A stretch of DNA of 64,000 nucleotides from Alloascoidea hylecoeti (GCA_001600815.1 BCKZ01000017.1:349970-413969), one strand, 5' to 3'; shown: positions 23,801 to 36,932, counted from the first letter of the stretch. The notes: a model not told the origin generated them from the letters alone. Made by a program: numbers and translations.

Positions 23801-25238
23801 TTGAAAAAACTTGAAATATGTAAAAAGGGTGCAATACTTCATCTATTAATAACTGATGGATAGGTTTTTCTTTGATATTAATCATATTAGATCCGAACAC
23901 CTGAAGTCTATCAGCATGAGTGTCGTTATCTAAACCATTTCGTACCAGTATAGTATCTTGCCACATGGGGTCGGTCCAGTCAAAATTGGTAATAAAAAGG
24001 CCCGTCAATGGGTTATAAAACAACTTAATGTAGCGATACTCTATAAATATTAAAACAGGGAGTAGTGGATCTAAGTCCGCTGCTTCATTTCCATTGTTTG
24101 TAGACCCATCATTGCTCGGCTCTTCACTTGTATACTTATTGTTATCTATTACAGTAGATAGTACAGTTGACAACGGTTGGTTATACCACTTTCTTGAAAC
24201 ATCCACTATATTAAGATCACCGAATTCTGTTTCAATAACTACCCAATCACTTTCACCGAACCCCACAGGGGTCCCCATACAAGCTATTCTCCACCTAGGG
24301 AACCAACGTAATATCAAATAAGCAATACCAAAGGTCGAAACACATAAAAGAATATATAAAACACGCCGCAGCATGTTAGTTTTAAACCCAGCAATACCGA
24401 TAACCAAATCCTCCTCTGCAAGATAGAATCGTTGTTGTTTCACTGTGCTTGGAAATTGAGGGAAAAAGTAAGAGTATGAAGAACCTTGTGTACAATCAAC
24501 AGCTTTTTTCCCTGTAGTTGATGTTGAAGATATAGATTCTGCGTCGTTTTGAAGCCGATTGTAGATTAATGGGGTAGAGGAACTAGCATCACTTCTGACT
24601 CTCTCCCTTGAAAACCAACCTTGGTGAGATGATTGCCTTTTAGATTCTTCAGATGGGCGTATTAAACGGTACCTTCTACCCTGTTTTTGATTTTGAGAAG
24701 ACCATGTCCTGGAAAGTTCACCATCATCATCATCATTTACATCTCCATCATACCCATCATAACCAGCATTATCAGAGTCATAAGCACTATAGTCCACATC
24801 ATAGTCAACATTAACATTTGAACTAGTTCCTTGGGCCGATTCGATTTCCTCGGTAGTGAAAAATCGAAAATTTCCTTCATCTCTTGAGCGTCTTGATTCA
24901 ACACGACTTAATAGCTCAACTTCATCATCCGTTATTACCGATGCCGTTATACTTGTTCTTCTCTCTATAATCCTTGAACTTCTTGTGGTTGATGAAGATA
25001 ATCTTCTTATATTATCTTCGTTAATAGTACTATCAATGGAAGGATTGGATACTCGTGACTGTGTTCGGTGAACATGATGGAAACTGCTAAAACTTGAAGG
25101 AATTGTTACGCTGTTCGGGCCCGCATACATTTCGTTTGTATTTTCATTTCCATTCTCATAGTGATTGATATCCCCTTGAGATGAAATGGACGGTGTTCGA
25201 CTACGCCGTCCATTTTGAGAATAATTCTGTGGACTCAT
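20862..25238 (-). CDS. YPK9: P5B-type ATPase (vacuolar polyamine/cation transporter)
   Basis: PPALP, DKTGTLT, TGES, GDGANDC motifs and long N-terminal extension; 1458 aa. Confidence 0.95.
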   Translation of the reverse strand: MSPQNYSQNGRRSRTPSISSQGDINHYENGNENTNEMYAGPNSVTIPSSFSSFHHVHRTQSRVSNPSIDSTINEDNIRRLSSSTTRSSRIIERRTSITASVITDDEVELLSRVESRRSRDEGNFRFFTTEEIESAQGTSSNVNVDYDVDYSAYDSDNAGYDGYDGDVNDDDDGELSRTWSSQNQKQGRRYRLIRPSEESKRQSSHQGWFSRERVRSDASSSTPLIYNRLQNDAESISSTSTTGKKAVDCTQGSSYSYFFPQFPSTVKQQRFYLAEEDLVIGIAGFKTNMLRRVLYILLCVSTFGIAYLILRWFPRWRIACMGTPVGFGESDWVVIETEFGDLNIVDVSRKWYNQPLSTVLSTVIDNNKYTSEEPSNDGSTNNGNEAADLDPLLPVLIFIEYRYIKLFYNPLTGLFITNFDWTDPMWQDTILVRNGLDNDTHADRLQVFGSNMINIKEKPIHQLLIDEVLHPFYIFQVFSIILWSLDEYYYYATCIFLISIISVGNTLVETKQTMDRLKEISTFVCDVRVWRNDFWSVVASSDIVPGDIYEVSDPSLNILPCDSVLLSGDCIVNESMLTGESVPVSKIPAEQSTLRKLGSEVLGTSVSADLARSMLYCGTRLVRVRRKNDGPSMALAVRTGFCTTKGALIRSMLFPKPMGFKFYEDSFKYIGFMCIIAFSGFIVSAINFIKLGLGWNIIIFRALDLFTIVVPPALPATLTIGTNFALNRLRKKQIFCISPNRVNVGGKLDILCFDKTGTLTEDGLDVLGVHYIRSDGLFSEIIDTVDSVIDDKSAASLCDLKSQNQRNQARLLATMTTCHTLRVINGEPIGDPLDLKMFEFTKWQYDEEGEVVDTTTVASALDQRMDDNFLPENNDISPAVVRPPSDGSGLDSKNPDNHLGIIRSFEFISELRRMSVLVKSFTGDDIHAYVKGAPEVMPEICKPESLPSNYEELLHEYTHHGYRVIACATKTIRNTSWVRAQKLTRQKVESELELVGLIVFENKLKPTSASVIDQLNEAEIRTVMCTGDNILTAVSVGKECGIIPTDHSVFVPRFERTIFDEYTFRLMWENLDDPTSLLDPVTLQPNKAIGKHVVAVSGEVFRYVLTELQEPRAIEQMLIKGAIFARMSPDEKHELIEQLKKLDYTTGFCGDGANDCAALKAADVGISLSEAEASVAAPFTSRIFEISCVLDVIREGRASLVTSFSCFKYMSLYSAIQFVTVTILYRGGSNLGDFQFLWIDLFLIIPIAIFMGWSKPFPKLTRKRPTANLVSPKVLITLLLQIIVFAFFQIFSWILVKREPWYIKPVPGGDDEVESSDNSVLFSVSNFQYILIGIVLTVGPPYREPIIKNIPFLITIAITLTGSLLIMTFPSDSYLGHLLQMTDIPFYFQCIILLIVFSNFFVSWLGEKFTFIWIAHLYKRLSCLLWRATDSQGKAVSKKLFKRLKSENNLDSSMASYV

Positions 25239-25440
25239 AATGACAAACTTTTTTGTATGTAATATTAAGATTATAGATTTGAGTGGTGTATGGAAGTATC
25301 CCCACTACATTTACATATATTGATAAATATTATACAGTATAGATGAATAATTTATGCATATATAAATACACCAAAAATTAATATAAGAACAAATAAAGCA
25401 AGGTCCTTATGGCAGAACCACATATATACGCTGACTCAGT

Positions 25441-28400
25441 TCAACTTTCATCCATTGTCACATCATCATCAGGAACTGGTGGCTCTAATTTAATATCTTC
25501 ATCTCTTCTTCCTGGAACACCATTAACCGTGTCTGCCAACTGTGTTTGAATGCCTCTCTGTTTTTCAAAATCATTCATCCTAATCTCCATGACACGTTCA
25601 TCTGGTTGTTTCCGTCCTAATACCTCATTCACTTTGTGCTCTACTAAAGTTTTTAAAACCAATGCATCTTGATACACAAAAGAACCCTCTTCATTGTATA
25701 TCATCGCATTCTTAAACATCAGCATGAAATCTCTATCGATTTCTTCGACACTTGTGTATTGGTGTGCACTAATCTTCCTCTTAACAGCATCACATGCAAT
25801 GGGCTGTTGAATCAATAAATAATAATCTGGATAATGTCTCTTATTTGGCTTGACCATAAATATTTCACTCAAATTTCTATTATCTTCATTTCGATAACTG
25901 ATGACTGTATTATAAATATCCCAACACTTTAAATCCATTTGTTTTTGCTCCTCTGAAACTATAGTCGGAGTACCACGGCGAAGGGAAGGCCTACCTCTAG
26001 CTCTTTTAACGGGGTTGGGCTTTGGCTTCTTCGGCTTTGGGGTGCCTTCTCCATAAGCTTCGGACCCAGAAGTGACAGTATCTTCACGATTCCTTCTTTT
26101 CTTTTTTGGACGCCCTACCTGAGGTGTATCATCTCCACTGCTCTCGGCTGCAGCTGGTATAGGGGCGGGCGGTGATGACATTTCATGAGGGACAGGAGTT
26201 GAAGATGCAGATTTGGTAGCAGCTTTACGTTCTTTGGTTGCCTTTAATTTGGCTATTCTGGCTTTTTTTCTTGCAATAGCATCCTCCAAGCTATCTTCAT
26301 CATTTTCAATGGCATCTAGAAACTGTTCTTCCGTAAGAACATCTGCATAAGAAACAACTCTACCTTTCCTTGAAGCACGTCTATCATACACTTCTGTATC
26401 TTCAGTCTCATGAATAACAATATCAGGATCTTGCTTATAAATTTCGGGTAACTCATCATGTGTAAACAGTCTTTCTTTTGCTTTACCTTTACCATATATA
26501 GAATGATTCTTCATATCTTCATCCATTTTTTTGAAAAGCTTCCTTTCATCATCAGTTCTAGCCAATATTTCATTCAATTCATCGTCATCTAGTTCATCAT
26601 CTTCCCTCGTCTTTTCACCGGTACCCTGTTCTTCTGCTTCGAGTAAAGCTCTTAAAAGTGCTTCTTGTTCTTCTGGTGTTGATTTATTATCGAATTTACC
26701 TGCCTGGATAACTTTTCCATCGATATCTAGTTTCTGGTGAGCTCTTTCTAAAATATATTCTTCGACTGATTCTTCCGTAATTAATCTTAAGATTCTAACC
26801 TCATTCTTTTGACCGATTCTGTGTGCACGATCCTGAGCTTGTAAATCTTGATGAGGATTCCAATCGGTATCATAGATAATAACAGTGTCAGCCGTTTGTA
26901 AGTTAAGACCCAAACCACCTGCTCTTGTACTTAAAAGAAAACAAAAGTATTCTGAATTAGGTGCATTAAACTTTTGTAATAAACCAGTTCTATCATCAGA
27001 TTTAGTTCCACCATCTAATCTCAAATATTTCATGCCACGTAAACGTAAAAAATCTTCCATAATGTTCATAATTTGTGTCATTTGAAAAAATATAAGTACA
27101 CGATGACCGGTTGCCTTAAACTTCGGTAAAACGCGATCTAATAATTCGAATTTTCCACTTGTTCTCCAAATATCATCATTTGTCATTAATGTTGGATTGA
27201 CTAAATCTTCAACTTCTTCGAAAACAAATGGATGATTACAAATCTTCCTCAACTGCATGATTCGGTTATTAAGACCCATTTTAGCGGCTGAATGTTTACT
27301 ACCGGAATCACCAATAATAAGGGTTTTATATTTGATTGCCATTGTATAAAGAGTTGATTGTAACGCTGACATTTTGCATTTCACAACCTTTTCAACTTTA
27401 TCCGGTAAATCCTTTTCTACATCCTTTTTCAACCGTCGCAATAAGAAAGGTCTTAAAACTTTATGCAAACGTCTAATAATAAGCAAAGTTTCTTCTTCCG
27501 ATAAATCAATCTTATCTTGGCCTCCAGTGTTAGCGAAAGGTGTATTAAACCATTCATCAAAACTCTTCACACTATTGAAAATTTTGGGTAATACGAAGTT
27601 AAGTAAAGCCCATAGTTCTGGTAAATTATTTTGTAATGGAGTACCTGTTAAAATCAATCGATAATCTGTATGATAATATTGCTGAATAGTAGATGATAAT
27701 TTAGATTGTGCATTTTTCATTCTATGACCTTCATCAATGATCATATGTGCCCATTTAATCTTACTTAATAATGGTCGATCCTTAATGATAAATTCGTAAG
27801 TGGTTAATAATATTTGAAAATCACCGGCTTTTATTCTTGCTTGGTATTGTTTCCTTTGTATTGGTGGACCTTTATAAACAATTTTTCTAACACTTGGTGC
27901 CCATTTTTCGAATTCTATAGTCCAATTAGTTAAAGTACTTAATGGAACAATTACCAAATAAGGTCCAGGAACTTTCTTAGTTTCAATCAGGTATGTAATT
28001 AAAGATAATGTTTGAATGGTTTTACCCAATCCCATTTCATCTGCTAAAATTCCATTTAAATTGTTGTTATATAAACTAACCATCCATTGTAAACCTTTTA
28101 CTTGATATTCTTTTAAAGTACCTCCAACAAGAATAGACGGTTGTTTAGTAACAGGTTCTTGGATACGATGTGCAATAGCATAATAGTCAACTTTTTGACC
28201 ACCTTCATCTCCACTATCATCTTCAGCCTTAGCACTTGTATCGGCAGAAGAGTGACCCATTGCCGCAACTTGTTCTCTTGTATATTTTTGTTGATCTTTA
28301 ACAGCTTGTGTCAAATTACCTAAAAATTGGTTTGTCTGTTTCAATAAATGGGTGATTCTTGTATCCTTAGTTTGATCAAGCAATTTTATATATGCTTCTT

Positions 28401-30292
28401 CATCGTTCGCCCTTAAAGCTTGTAATCTCTGTTTTGCATTCCTTTCCAAACGTCTTTGTTCTTCTCTTTCGGTATTGCTATGGAAAGTAATAACTGATTT
28501 TCCAATTTTGCCCCATTTATTTCGCTTTTCCGTTGCATTAACAGTAACTTGTCTATAATGAGTTTGAATAGTGCCCAAATTTTTATTTAATTGTTCAACT
28601 TTTAATCTCTCATGTTCTTGGTTTTGTACTTGATACATTGTTTCAGCAATCATAGCATCTCTACTATTTATCTTTTTACCCAATGGTAAGAAATTTGGGT
28701 AAGTGTTTGTTATTAATGATGAAAAATGCCATATATTTGAGAGAACATAACCACGTAAGGCTTTTTGTTTGGGTAAAAGTTGTAACGCTTTCAAATCTAC
28801 CAATTGAGAAACAACATCATATTCATGTTCACCTTCATTTTTGTTTTCGTTTATACTCTTATTTTCGTTTTTGTTCTGATGATCAATTTCTTGAATTGGA
28901 TTGTTTTCTTGATCATTATCTTGTTCATTTTCCTTCTCTGATTGTCCATTTTCTAGTAATCTCTTCGTCCTTTCTTGTTTCCATTGCTTCTTTGCCGTTT
29001 CATACAAATCATCATCTGAATTAATTCCCTTTTCCATCAAACTTGACTCTAAATCTAATATATCATTCATCATGTCTTTCCATATCTTTACTTCTCTCTC
29101 ATGTCTCAATCCTTCGACATCAGTTCCTATTGGCATCAATCCAGGTACTACTAATCTTCTTTCGAAAATATCACTAAAGTTCATTATGGTCGATGAAGCG
29201 GAAGGTAAGGAGAATGCATCAACAAGTACTAATGGGTCACCAATTGATACTGTTGTTTTGATGGTTGGGTATTTCTCTTGAATTGTCGAGAGAAGTTTTG
29301 GAGGATGAGGAGGTAAGTAGATAGCTTCAGATTGAGAAACAGCATCTAAATGATTAACAGGGCCAGGTTGAACCATTTGTGGGATTTGGTTGGGATCCTG
29401 AGGTATTATTGGCATTCCTTGTTTTGGACTCTGAGATCCCATGCTTATACTAGATAAGGACTGATTCCGAATTTGTGGAGTTTGTCGCTTTCTATTCATC
29501 TGTTTTTGTTTAGTTGCTGGATTGACAATTGGCATGTGAGGTTGTTGAATTTTATTGAAATTCGGGGGAATTATAGGTTCGGATACTGACGGTTGCGGCC
29601 GAAATAACGTGTTATTTGGCACATTCATAGGACTCATGGAAGAAACCGGTAAAGAAGTCTGAGCCTGTAACTGAGGATGTGGTGGAACTTGAGACGGTGA
29701 CTGATTTTGCAAACCATGTGGCGGGGGTGGAGGTGGGGCATTCATGTTATATAATATCGATTGTATATCCTGTGGAACGGGTTGATTCTTCGCCAAATGT
29801 TTGAAAGCAGCAAGTTGGGCACGTAAATACATAGTTTGTTCTGGTGTCATTATACGCATCTGAGGACCGGCTGGGTTCATGTTGATATTACCGTTCATAT
29901 TGGCATTTTGATTGGGATTAAGGGTAACTCGTGATCGTTGCGATGGATCAATAGGAGGCTGAAATCCATTTTGAGTTTGAAATTTTTGAGCTTGTGGAGT
30001 GTTTTGTGAATTCTGTAACTGTAAATTTTGCTGGTTTGCCATTTCTTGTTGTCTCAATCTTTCACGCGTGAAAAGTTTTAAGACATTAGAAAGTGTTATA
30101 TATTCTTGGTTATGGACGCACGCTTGACCCAGTTGATTTTTTAGCTCTTGGTACCTCTATCATTATAGTTAGTAGTTATTTCGAATTATTTAGACTTATG
30201 AGTAAGCAAAACGCGTGTTAAATACATACAATGAAAATGCGTTGAACCTCCTCCGCGGAGCGTGGCATTTGAATTTGACCACTGCTCATCAT
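25441..30292 (-). CDS. SNF2: SWI/SNF (or RSC) catalytic ATPase, two exons (30292-30230, 30156-25441)
   Basis: QLQ, HSA, DEMGLGKT/DEGH helicase core, SnAC, AT-hook (RGRP) and bromodomain. 73-nt intron GTATGT...TACTAAC...TAG joins in frame (~1592 aa). Confidence 0.9.
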
Positions 30293-31496
30293 AGACCACA
30301 AAATGCAGAGTGTGTTGGAAGAAATATCAAGTGAGTAGAATGGCGACAGTAGGGTAACAGCACAAACAGGTGGGATTCACGTGATTAATCGCCACTGCTT
30401 AGTATATAAGCTGTCTGCTCACTTCATACGGACCAGAAGTCGGCCTGGTAGTGGTTTTCTTGCAAAGACGATGAGGATGCAACTTTCGCCCGTTTTAACC
30501 ACAACAATGATGCTATTCAATGAGACTATAATTAATAATAAAGAGTTAATTATAATTATAAAGTTTAACGCATATGCAGGCACCGGAAAAGGATCGGAAA
30601 GCAGATGTTATTGTTTTCTTCATCAACTTGTTTGATAACTATTCTGTCCTGTTACCTTTAAATATATCGCTACATACCTTAATGTTTTAGTTTTAATAGA
30701 TTCCCACATAGCTTGTGTATAACTATAGATTCCGAAGGCTATCTGTGAATATCCCTTCACACTCAACTAGCATACACCATTCCAACCCAAAAGTCTAACA
30801 TTAACTGAATCAATATAATGAATAAAACCCGTTTTTATGTTAGCCATTTACACCAATAATTGTATACAATATAAAGGGGTACTCATTATTTAGCTATGTA
30901 TTGTTAGGTCCTTCTATAATGTCACAATTGATGCCCGTCCACATAAGTTACACCTTCGAACTCAATTCATCATGATCATGAAGAATTATTGCTAAGTACT
31001 ATTGTCACTTCACATGCAATTTCATAGTTATACCATAAAATAAGAGTTTCCAGCGATAATTCTCTCTATAGATTAATATTTTAGATTTCTTTTCAAATGT
31101 CATGGTGCTTCCAGGTCTAGCCATGTCAGCTGCGATATTAAATATCAATTAAACTCTGAATCTTTGAGCCTTTACAATGAAAACATACTATAATCAGATA
31201 ACAAAATATTTATATGGGGTGGATAATCTAGAAGTCTAAAAATAGGTATTATTTCCACTCTTATAGTAAATTTAATACTTTGAAGTTGTGGAGGAGATTA
31301 TAGGTCTGTTTTCGTAACCTTAAAGTTTATTTCAATATATACTACTCTTTATTGCTATTCTACACCTTCCTAAAATGGTTTGGACCTTTTCATTGAATTA
31401 TTTTTCTTTTTATTTAAATATATTGAATTAACTAAATTTTCTTCAAAAATAATTAAGCTGTGAAACATTCTTTGAAGTTTTTAAAAGTAAATCGAA

Positions 31497-32774
31497 ATGT
31501 TCATGAAAACTTCGTCTTGTGCTCTAATTCTAGGGTTTATATTACAGCTGCAGGCTTCTTTGGCAGCTGGAAATCCCAATAAAGGGGTTCAGGCACTAGA
31601 GTTTACAAGGGCTTTAAAATCAAAGTCGAAGCCAACGGCTTCAGAAAACACTGCTGGTGCTGATTTCAGTATTTCTTCCATTGAAAGTGAGAAATCTGTT
31701 CTTGATTCTTATTTGACAAATGAAGTTTACTGGTATAGCATTGATCTTCAAGTCGGTAACCCTCCTCAAAATGTTACTGTTGATATTGATACTGGTTCTT
31801 CTGATTTATGGATACAGGGCAAGAGCAATTTTCAATGTAATATAAATCCTGGCTGTACACAATATGGAACATTTGATACTAATAAATCATCAACTTATAA
31901 AAAAATCAACGATGATTTCACTATAACATATGGTGATGGTAGTAGAGCAAAAGGAGAATGGGGTGTTGATAATATTAGCATTGGCTCAGCAAAAATTGAT
32001 AATTTTACATTTGCAGTTGGTAATGATGCCACTGCAAACATGGGAGTTTTTGGAATTGGGTTTTCTAAATTGGGTGGAAAAAATTTAGGCCAAGAAAATT
32101 ATACTAATTACCCAACACGCCTAGTAAAATCTGGTCTTACTTATTCTCAAACATATTCTATTTATTTGAATAAACTTTCTGAAGATAAAGGAACTATTTT
32201 ATTTGGTGGTGTAGATCATTCTAAATATGATGGTCAATTAGTTACTGTTAACATGACTAGTGATACTAGAACGACGGTCAATTTGAATAATTTGAAAATT
32301 ACTGATACTGAATTTGTTTATAATTCTTCTCTTGATGTTATTTTGGATACTGGCACAACTAACTGTTATTTTCCCAAAACTGTTGTGGATTCTATAGCAA
32401 AATCGCTTAATGCTAAATATGATTACAATCGAGGGATTTATACTCTTCCTTGTGGCGGACTACAATATGTTGAATTTTCATTTGGTTGCAAAGTGATCAG
32501 AGTTCCAATTACAAATTTCCAGCTTTTAACAAATGAATCGGATACAAATGGTAAAAGAATCTGTGTTCTTGCTTTGGTGCCAAGCAGTACAGTTCATATT
32601 CTTGGTGATTCATTCTTAAGAGAAGCTTATACTGTTTTTGATTTGGATAATTTCCAAGTTTCTATTGCTCAAGCAAATTTTAAGTCATTGAATGAGACTG
32701 ATATTGAAGCGATACCAGCTAATGACTCATATCCTGTTCCAAAAGCTATTAGATGTAATTCAACCAGCATGTAA
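31497..32774 (+). CDS. Secreted aspartic protease (yapsin/SAP-like), catalytically intact
   Basis: Signal peptide, DTGSSDLW and LDTGTT catalytic motifs, YGDG flap, ILGDSFLR. No GPI-type hydrophobic tail. Confidence 0.93.
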   Translation: MFMKTSSCALILGFILQLQASLAAGNPNKGVQALEFTRALKSKSKPTASENTAGADFSISSIESEKSVLDSYLTNEVYWYSIDLQVGNPPQNVTVDIDTGSSDLWIQGKSNFQCNINPGCTQYGTFDTNKSSTYKKINDDFTITYGDGSRAKGEWGVDNISIGSAKIDNFTFAVGNDATANMGVFGIGFSKLGGKNLGQENYTNYPTRLVKSGLTYSQTYSIYLNKLSEDKGTILFGGVDHSKYDGQLVTVNMTSDTRTTVNLNNLKITDTEFVYNSSLDVILDTGTTNCYFPKTVVDSIAKSLNAKYDYNRGIYTLPCGGLQYVEFSFGCKVIRVPITNFQLLTNESDTNGKRICVLALVPSSTVHILGDSFLREAYTVFDLDNFQVSIAQANFKSLNETDIEAIPANDSYPVPKAIRCNSTSM

Positions 32775-33681
32775 TAAAACGTTATGCATTTACGAACTCC
32801 TCGTATATTCCATATAGTTATTTATATCAGGTTACATGTATTAGTTCTTACAAATATTTCTTATTGGTTTAATATATTATAATTCAATGAAGCCGACTAT
32901 AATTAGAAATACTTAGCTATAACCATGTCACCTGATAAGCTGATACTCCATGGATGACAGATGCGAAAATTCGCACTACTTTTCACTTCTAAGTTCTGAG
33001 TAGTTATACGTTTGGGTATTTAACAGCCAGCTAATTATGTGCTAATTATATTGTATGCGCTAATCGTTTGATACCAGAATGAAATATTAATGCCCGAATC
33101 CCCACATTTTAGTCTCATTTGTTAATAGCGATTTCACTGTAATCTCCCATTGATCTTAATATCTGATGCTATACTGAGAAGCTTTATTTTGGATGGATGG
33201 CAAAATTAACCAGAAACACTGTAAGCATAGGTAGCTTAAGCTTAGAATTGATATCACGCCCTCTATACCAATGGCGTACGAGTGTATGGTTTTGCCTAAA
33301 TTCAAGCGGATTGCAACACTTTGAAATTTTAATAACTAATCAAGTATTTAACTTTATGGAGTGGCAAATATTTACTCATAAGTGGCAAAACTTATAAAAT
33401 AAAAGTATCTACGAGGATTCTACGTGCACGTATACGAACTTTTACTCATATCTTATCTCAATTAGGCTCATACATATTATAATTAAATCATAAATATCCG
33501 TGAGTAAAGGCATGCCACCAATTTAATGAATACATAATGTTCTTATATAAGTTATGTCCGGTTTGCTGTTTTTGAAAATTCAAACCATTGAATATTTGCA
33601 ATTCAAATATAAGTTATTTTACAAACACATAAAAGGAAATCACCAGCTTTTACCCATCACAAAATTGATTTTAAAGTTGAG

Positions 33682-34041
33682 ATGCCAAACTTTTCAAACT
33701 TAAAAAAATTATCACACTCAATCATTAACAAGTCCCCAAAGAAAGATAGTTCAGCTGTAGATGTGAAGGATATTGGTCATGATTCTGCTAACTACAGGAA
33801 TAGTTTAGAAAAGAAAGAAGATCATCGGCATATTGAAATTGAAAAGGATTTATCTTCTATCAACAGCAGTAAAGATGATCTTAGTAAAACAGAAGATTCA
33901 AAAAATCCTTCATCTGGAATTTTTATGTCTTATGGATTTGATGAATATGCTCAGGTTAGTGCCACTGGCTCATTACCACCACCAAGTATTCCTCTTAAAT
34001 TAAAATCTTTCAAAAGTAAACTCAATAATGAAAATAAATAA
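33682..34041 (+). CDS. Small hydrophilic hypothetical protein (119 aa)
   Basis: ATG-initiated ORF with protein-like composition and a TATATAA about 135 bp upstream. No known motif. Confidence 0.45.
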   Translation: MPNFSNLKKLSHSIINKSPKKDSSAVDVKDIGHDSANYRNSLEKKEDHRHIEIEKDLSSINSSKDDLSKTEDSKNPSSGIFMSYGFDEYAQVSATGSLPPPSIPLKLKSFKSKLNNENK

Positions 34042-35049
34042 CTATTATGACTCAAAGTCGAATAGAAAGCCCTCGTCACTGTGGTTGAAAATTTGAAATT
34101 TCAAACCTACTTATAATTATAAGGATTACTTTCAATCGAGATGATCAATCAATTATAGTTGTGGGGTTTTGATGAGGAAAGAGAAGGCAGGTATTATATA
34201 CTAAAAAAAAGAGGACTAGAATAAATTTGGACATAATTAATTATATATCAATATACAAGAATCGAAATTAAGAAAATAATTGTATGTACGTATAACTTAT
34301 AGCTCAGCTATAGTGTGAAATTATGTTAAGTTTTCTCACTGTTATGTTCAAAGAGTTAAATGATTTCATTCATTTAGTCCATTCTAAACAAACGCTTACA
34401 GATGTTATATTGAAAACTACGTACAACAACAAATGATCATAATGTAAATCATGGTCTAGCCAAAAATTGAGTCCTCAGGAAACGAAAATCACAGTGCAAT
34501 ATTTACTCCCATAGGGTGTGTCTACTAACAACGGCCCTTTCACTAACGCTAATAATCGCCCACATATTTTCACCATAAGAAACACAAAACGTAAAACATT
34601 TCTTAAAATTTAACAATTATTAATTGCCCATAGATAAAGCGTAACTTTATCTAATCGATCAGTCACAGAAGAACCTGGTAATTATCGTTCAGCAGGAATA
34701 CGTCGCAAAAAATGGAGGGATGTTCTCCGCATAATTGACCATTTCCAAGATTTCATCAATGCTAAGTAAAGGTATAATCCCGGCAGGCCCCCTAACAGCT
34801 GCATTATGTCTAGAAAATGGACCATCCAGGCTTACCGGTGGATCGAGTGCTTTGCGTGGTTGGAACTTCTATTAAGAAATGCCAATAGGACTCAAGCATA
34901 TAATATTACAGAATATGGTAAGTCTTCTCATTAGAGATCGAATATTCTTCTACAAAATCGGCCAACCACATCATATAGACTCTATCGTTTATTAGCCTCT
35001 TTAGTATTGGCATGCAATACGTATTTGAATCGGTTTAAATGTGTTTGTT

Positions 35050-35270
35050 CCATCACTGCTCTTCATCAAGACTTCTTTTGGATTGAATGGCGATATACCA
35101 TTCTTCTTGAAATGAGAAAGTATGTTTTTAAAGGTGAATGCCTAGTTCAAGCGCTTATCATATACTTTCAAGAAGTCAGTTGTATTAGCACGGAATTTTT
35201 GATCAGAGATTATATAAATTATACTTTTTGAAAGCTTCCTAAGTAGCTTGAGGGCAGCTTTCAATAAGTA
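35050..35270 (-). mobile_element. Fot1/pogo (Tc1-mariner superfamily) transposase relic
   Basis: Minus strand reads TDFLKVYDKRLN*AFTFKNILSHFKKNGISPFNPKEVL, matching the Fot1/pogo post-DDE consensus AFT..NI..GF..TGI.PFNP..VL. Contains a stop. Confidence 0.7.
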
Positions 35271-36093
35271 TAATGAAGAAAATTTACGTCCACCTGTTAA
35301 CATTACTTTTTGCACTTCTCCATCAAATGTTTTGTCCCGATTTCTTAGCTATGGGCAAGGCCTGTGAAATCTACACATAGTTAATAAATAGAGCATTTGA
35401 GATCCCAAATACTCCCAAATTTTTATTTTCTTACAACCCCCACAGTTTTAGCTCCCCATATCTAATTTTCCCTCCCACACTCGTAAACTAATACAGCTTA
35501 CCTTATCTAGATGGGTGCATGAATATGCGACTAAAATACTTCCGTATTAGATAATACATGCATGCATGTTACTGGAGACCAAAATTTCCGCCCAAGAAAA
35601 AAGTTCATTTTCAGTGACACGCATCAAATCTACTTTTTATAATTTTTGAGAAATGTGTGCACATATTTGGCATGTCTGTTGGAATTTCATTTGGAACTTC
35701 AGTTGACACTTAATTTAGTCTGAAATTTTGGCTTTCTTGAATTTACCGGCTGTTTTAACTGAAATGATAACTGAAGATTTACCTAAATTATAATAGTATT
35801 AATATTTCTTAAATAATCATCAGCTATTTGATATACCCACATGTAATAGTATGTAAACTTTTTGAATACAATGTTCGTTTGGTTTGCCACTTTGTTTGCT
35901 ACCTTTTCTTTCCTTTATATTTTACAATAGCTAGTTATCTCACTTTAAATTTCTACTCAAATTTCATCAATGTGAGTAATTTTGTTACATATTTGTAGGA
36001 TTCATTATTGCCATACATAACTAACTATAAGGTAATCATAATCTATATTTATATTTTGTATTAATTGTTTATCTTCCTTATAAACATTAAAAA

Positions 36094-36608
36094 ATGGGTG
36101 CTTCATTTACAAAACTTTTTATCAATTTTATTGGGTCGTAAAGACATGCGAATCTTAATACTTGGTTTAGATGCCACAGGTAAAAACACCATTTTATATA
36201 GGTTAAAACTTGGAAAGGTTATTGCAACAACACCAACGATCGGATTCAATGTGGAAACCCTTCAATATAATAACATCTACCTTACTGTTTGGGATCTTGG
36301 TTCGCAATACAAAATTAGACCTTTATGGAGGCATTATTTCCCTTCTACTCGGGGATCATTTACGTTATTGATTCAAGTGATAGAGATAGAATAGGCGAAG
36401 CAGGGGAAAATTTATAACGTATGTTAATCGAGGAAGAATTACGTGATGCTCTCTTATTGATATTTGCAAATAAACAAGACAAGAAATCGCTGAAAAATTG
36501 GGCCTACATTCATTAAGAAATAGATCATGGAATATACAAGCTTCTTGTGCGACAAGCGGTGATGGCTTATATGAAGGTTTGGAATGGTTATCTATTAGTC
36601 TTAAATGA
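36094..36608 (+). pseudogene. ADP-ribosylation factor (ARF1-type) pseudogene
   Basis: MGASFTKL / MRILILGLD / PTIGFNVET / VWDLG / FANKQD / [17 protein letters not shown], split by frameshifts, an in-frame TAA (~36415) and a deletion after NKQD. Confidence 0.92.
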
Positions 36609-36932
36609 TCATCTTACATGTACATATAAAAATCCTTTATTGGATATTTGAAATATTTCCACCGCCCTTTGTAAGCATCTTTTCTTTTACATCCTTCAGG
36701 TAAATCCTCATATAGCTAGAAAAAAAGACATTCAAGCCTTATAAAATAATATCTATAGCTTTTTATAACTTATAATTACGTTCTTACTATAATTATATTA
36801 CTATTAGATCTACCTTAAGCCTATAGCTGTAACTAATTAATACAAATTTGCAAACGGCGTAAACGTTTTATTGCTCAACAGATTAAATACTTATTGATTG
36901 ATTCTTTTTGATTATCCAATATATATAAATTA

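Noticed and set aside
30377..30384. TCACGTGA as a point-centromere CDEI
   Set aside because: No adjacent AT-rich CDEII or CDEIII; more likely a promoter E-box for SNF2.
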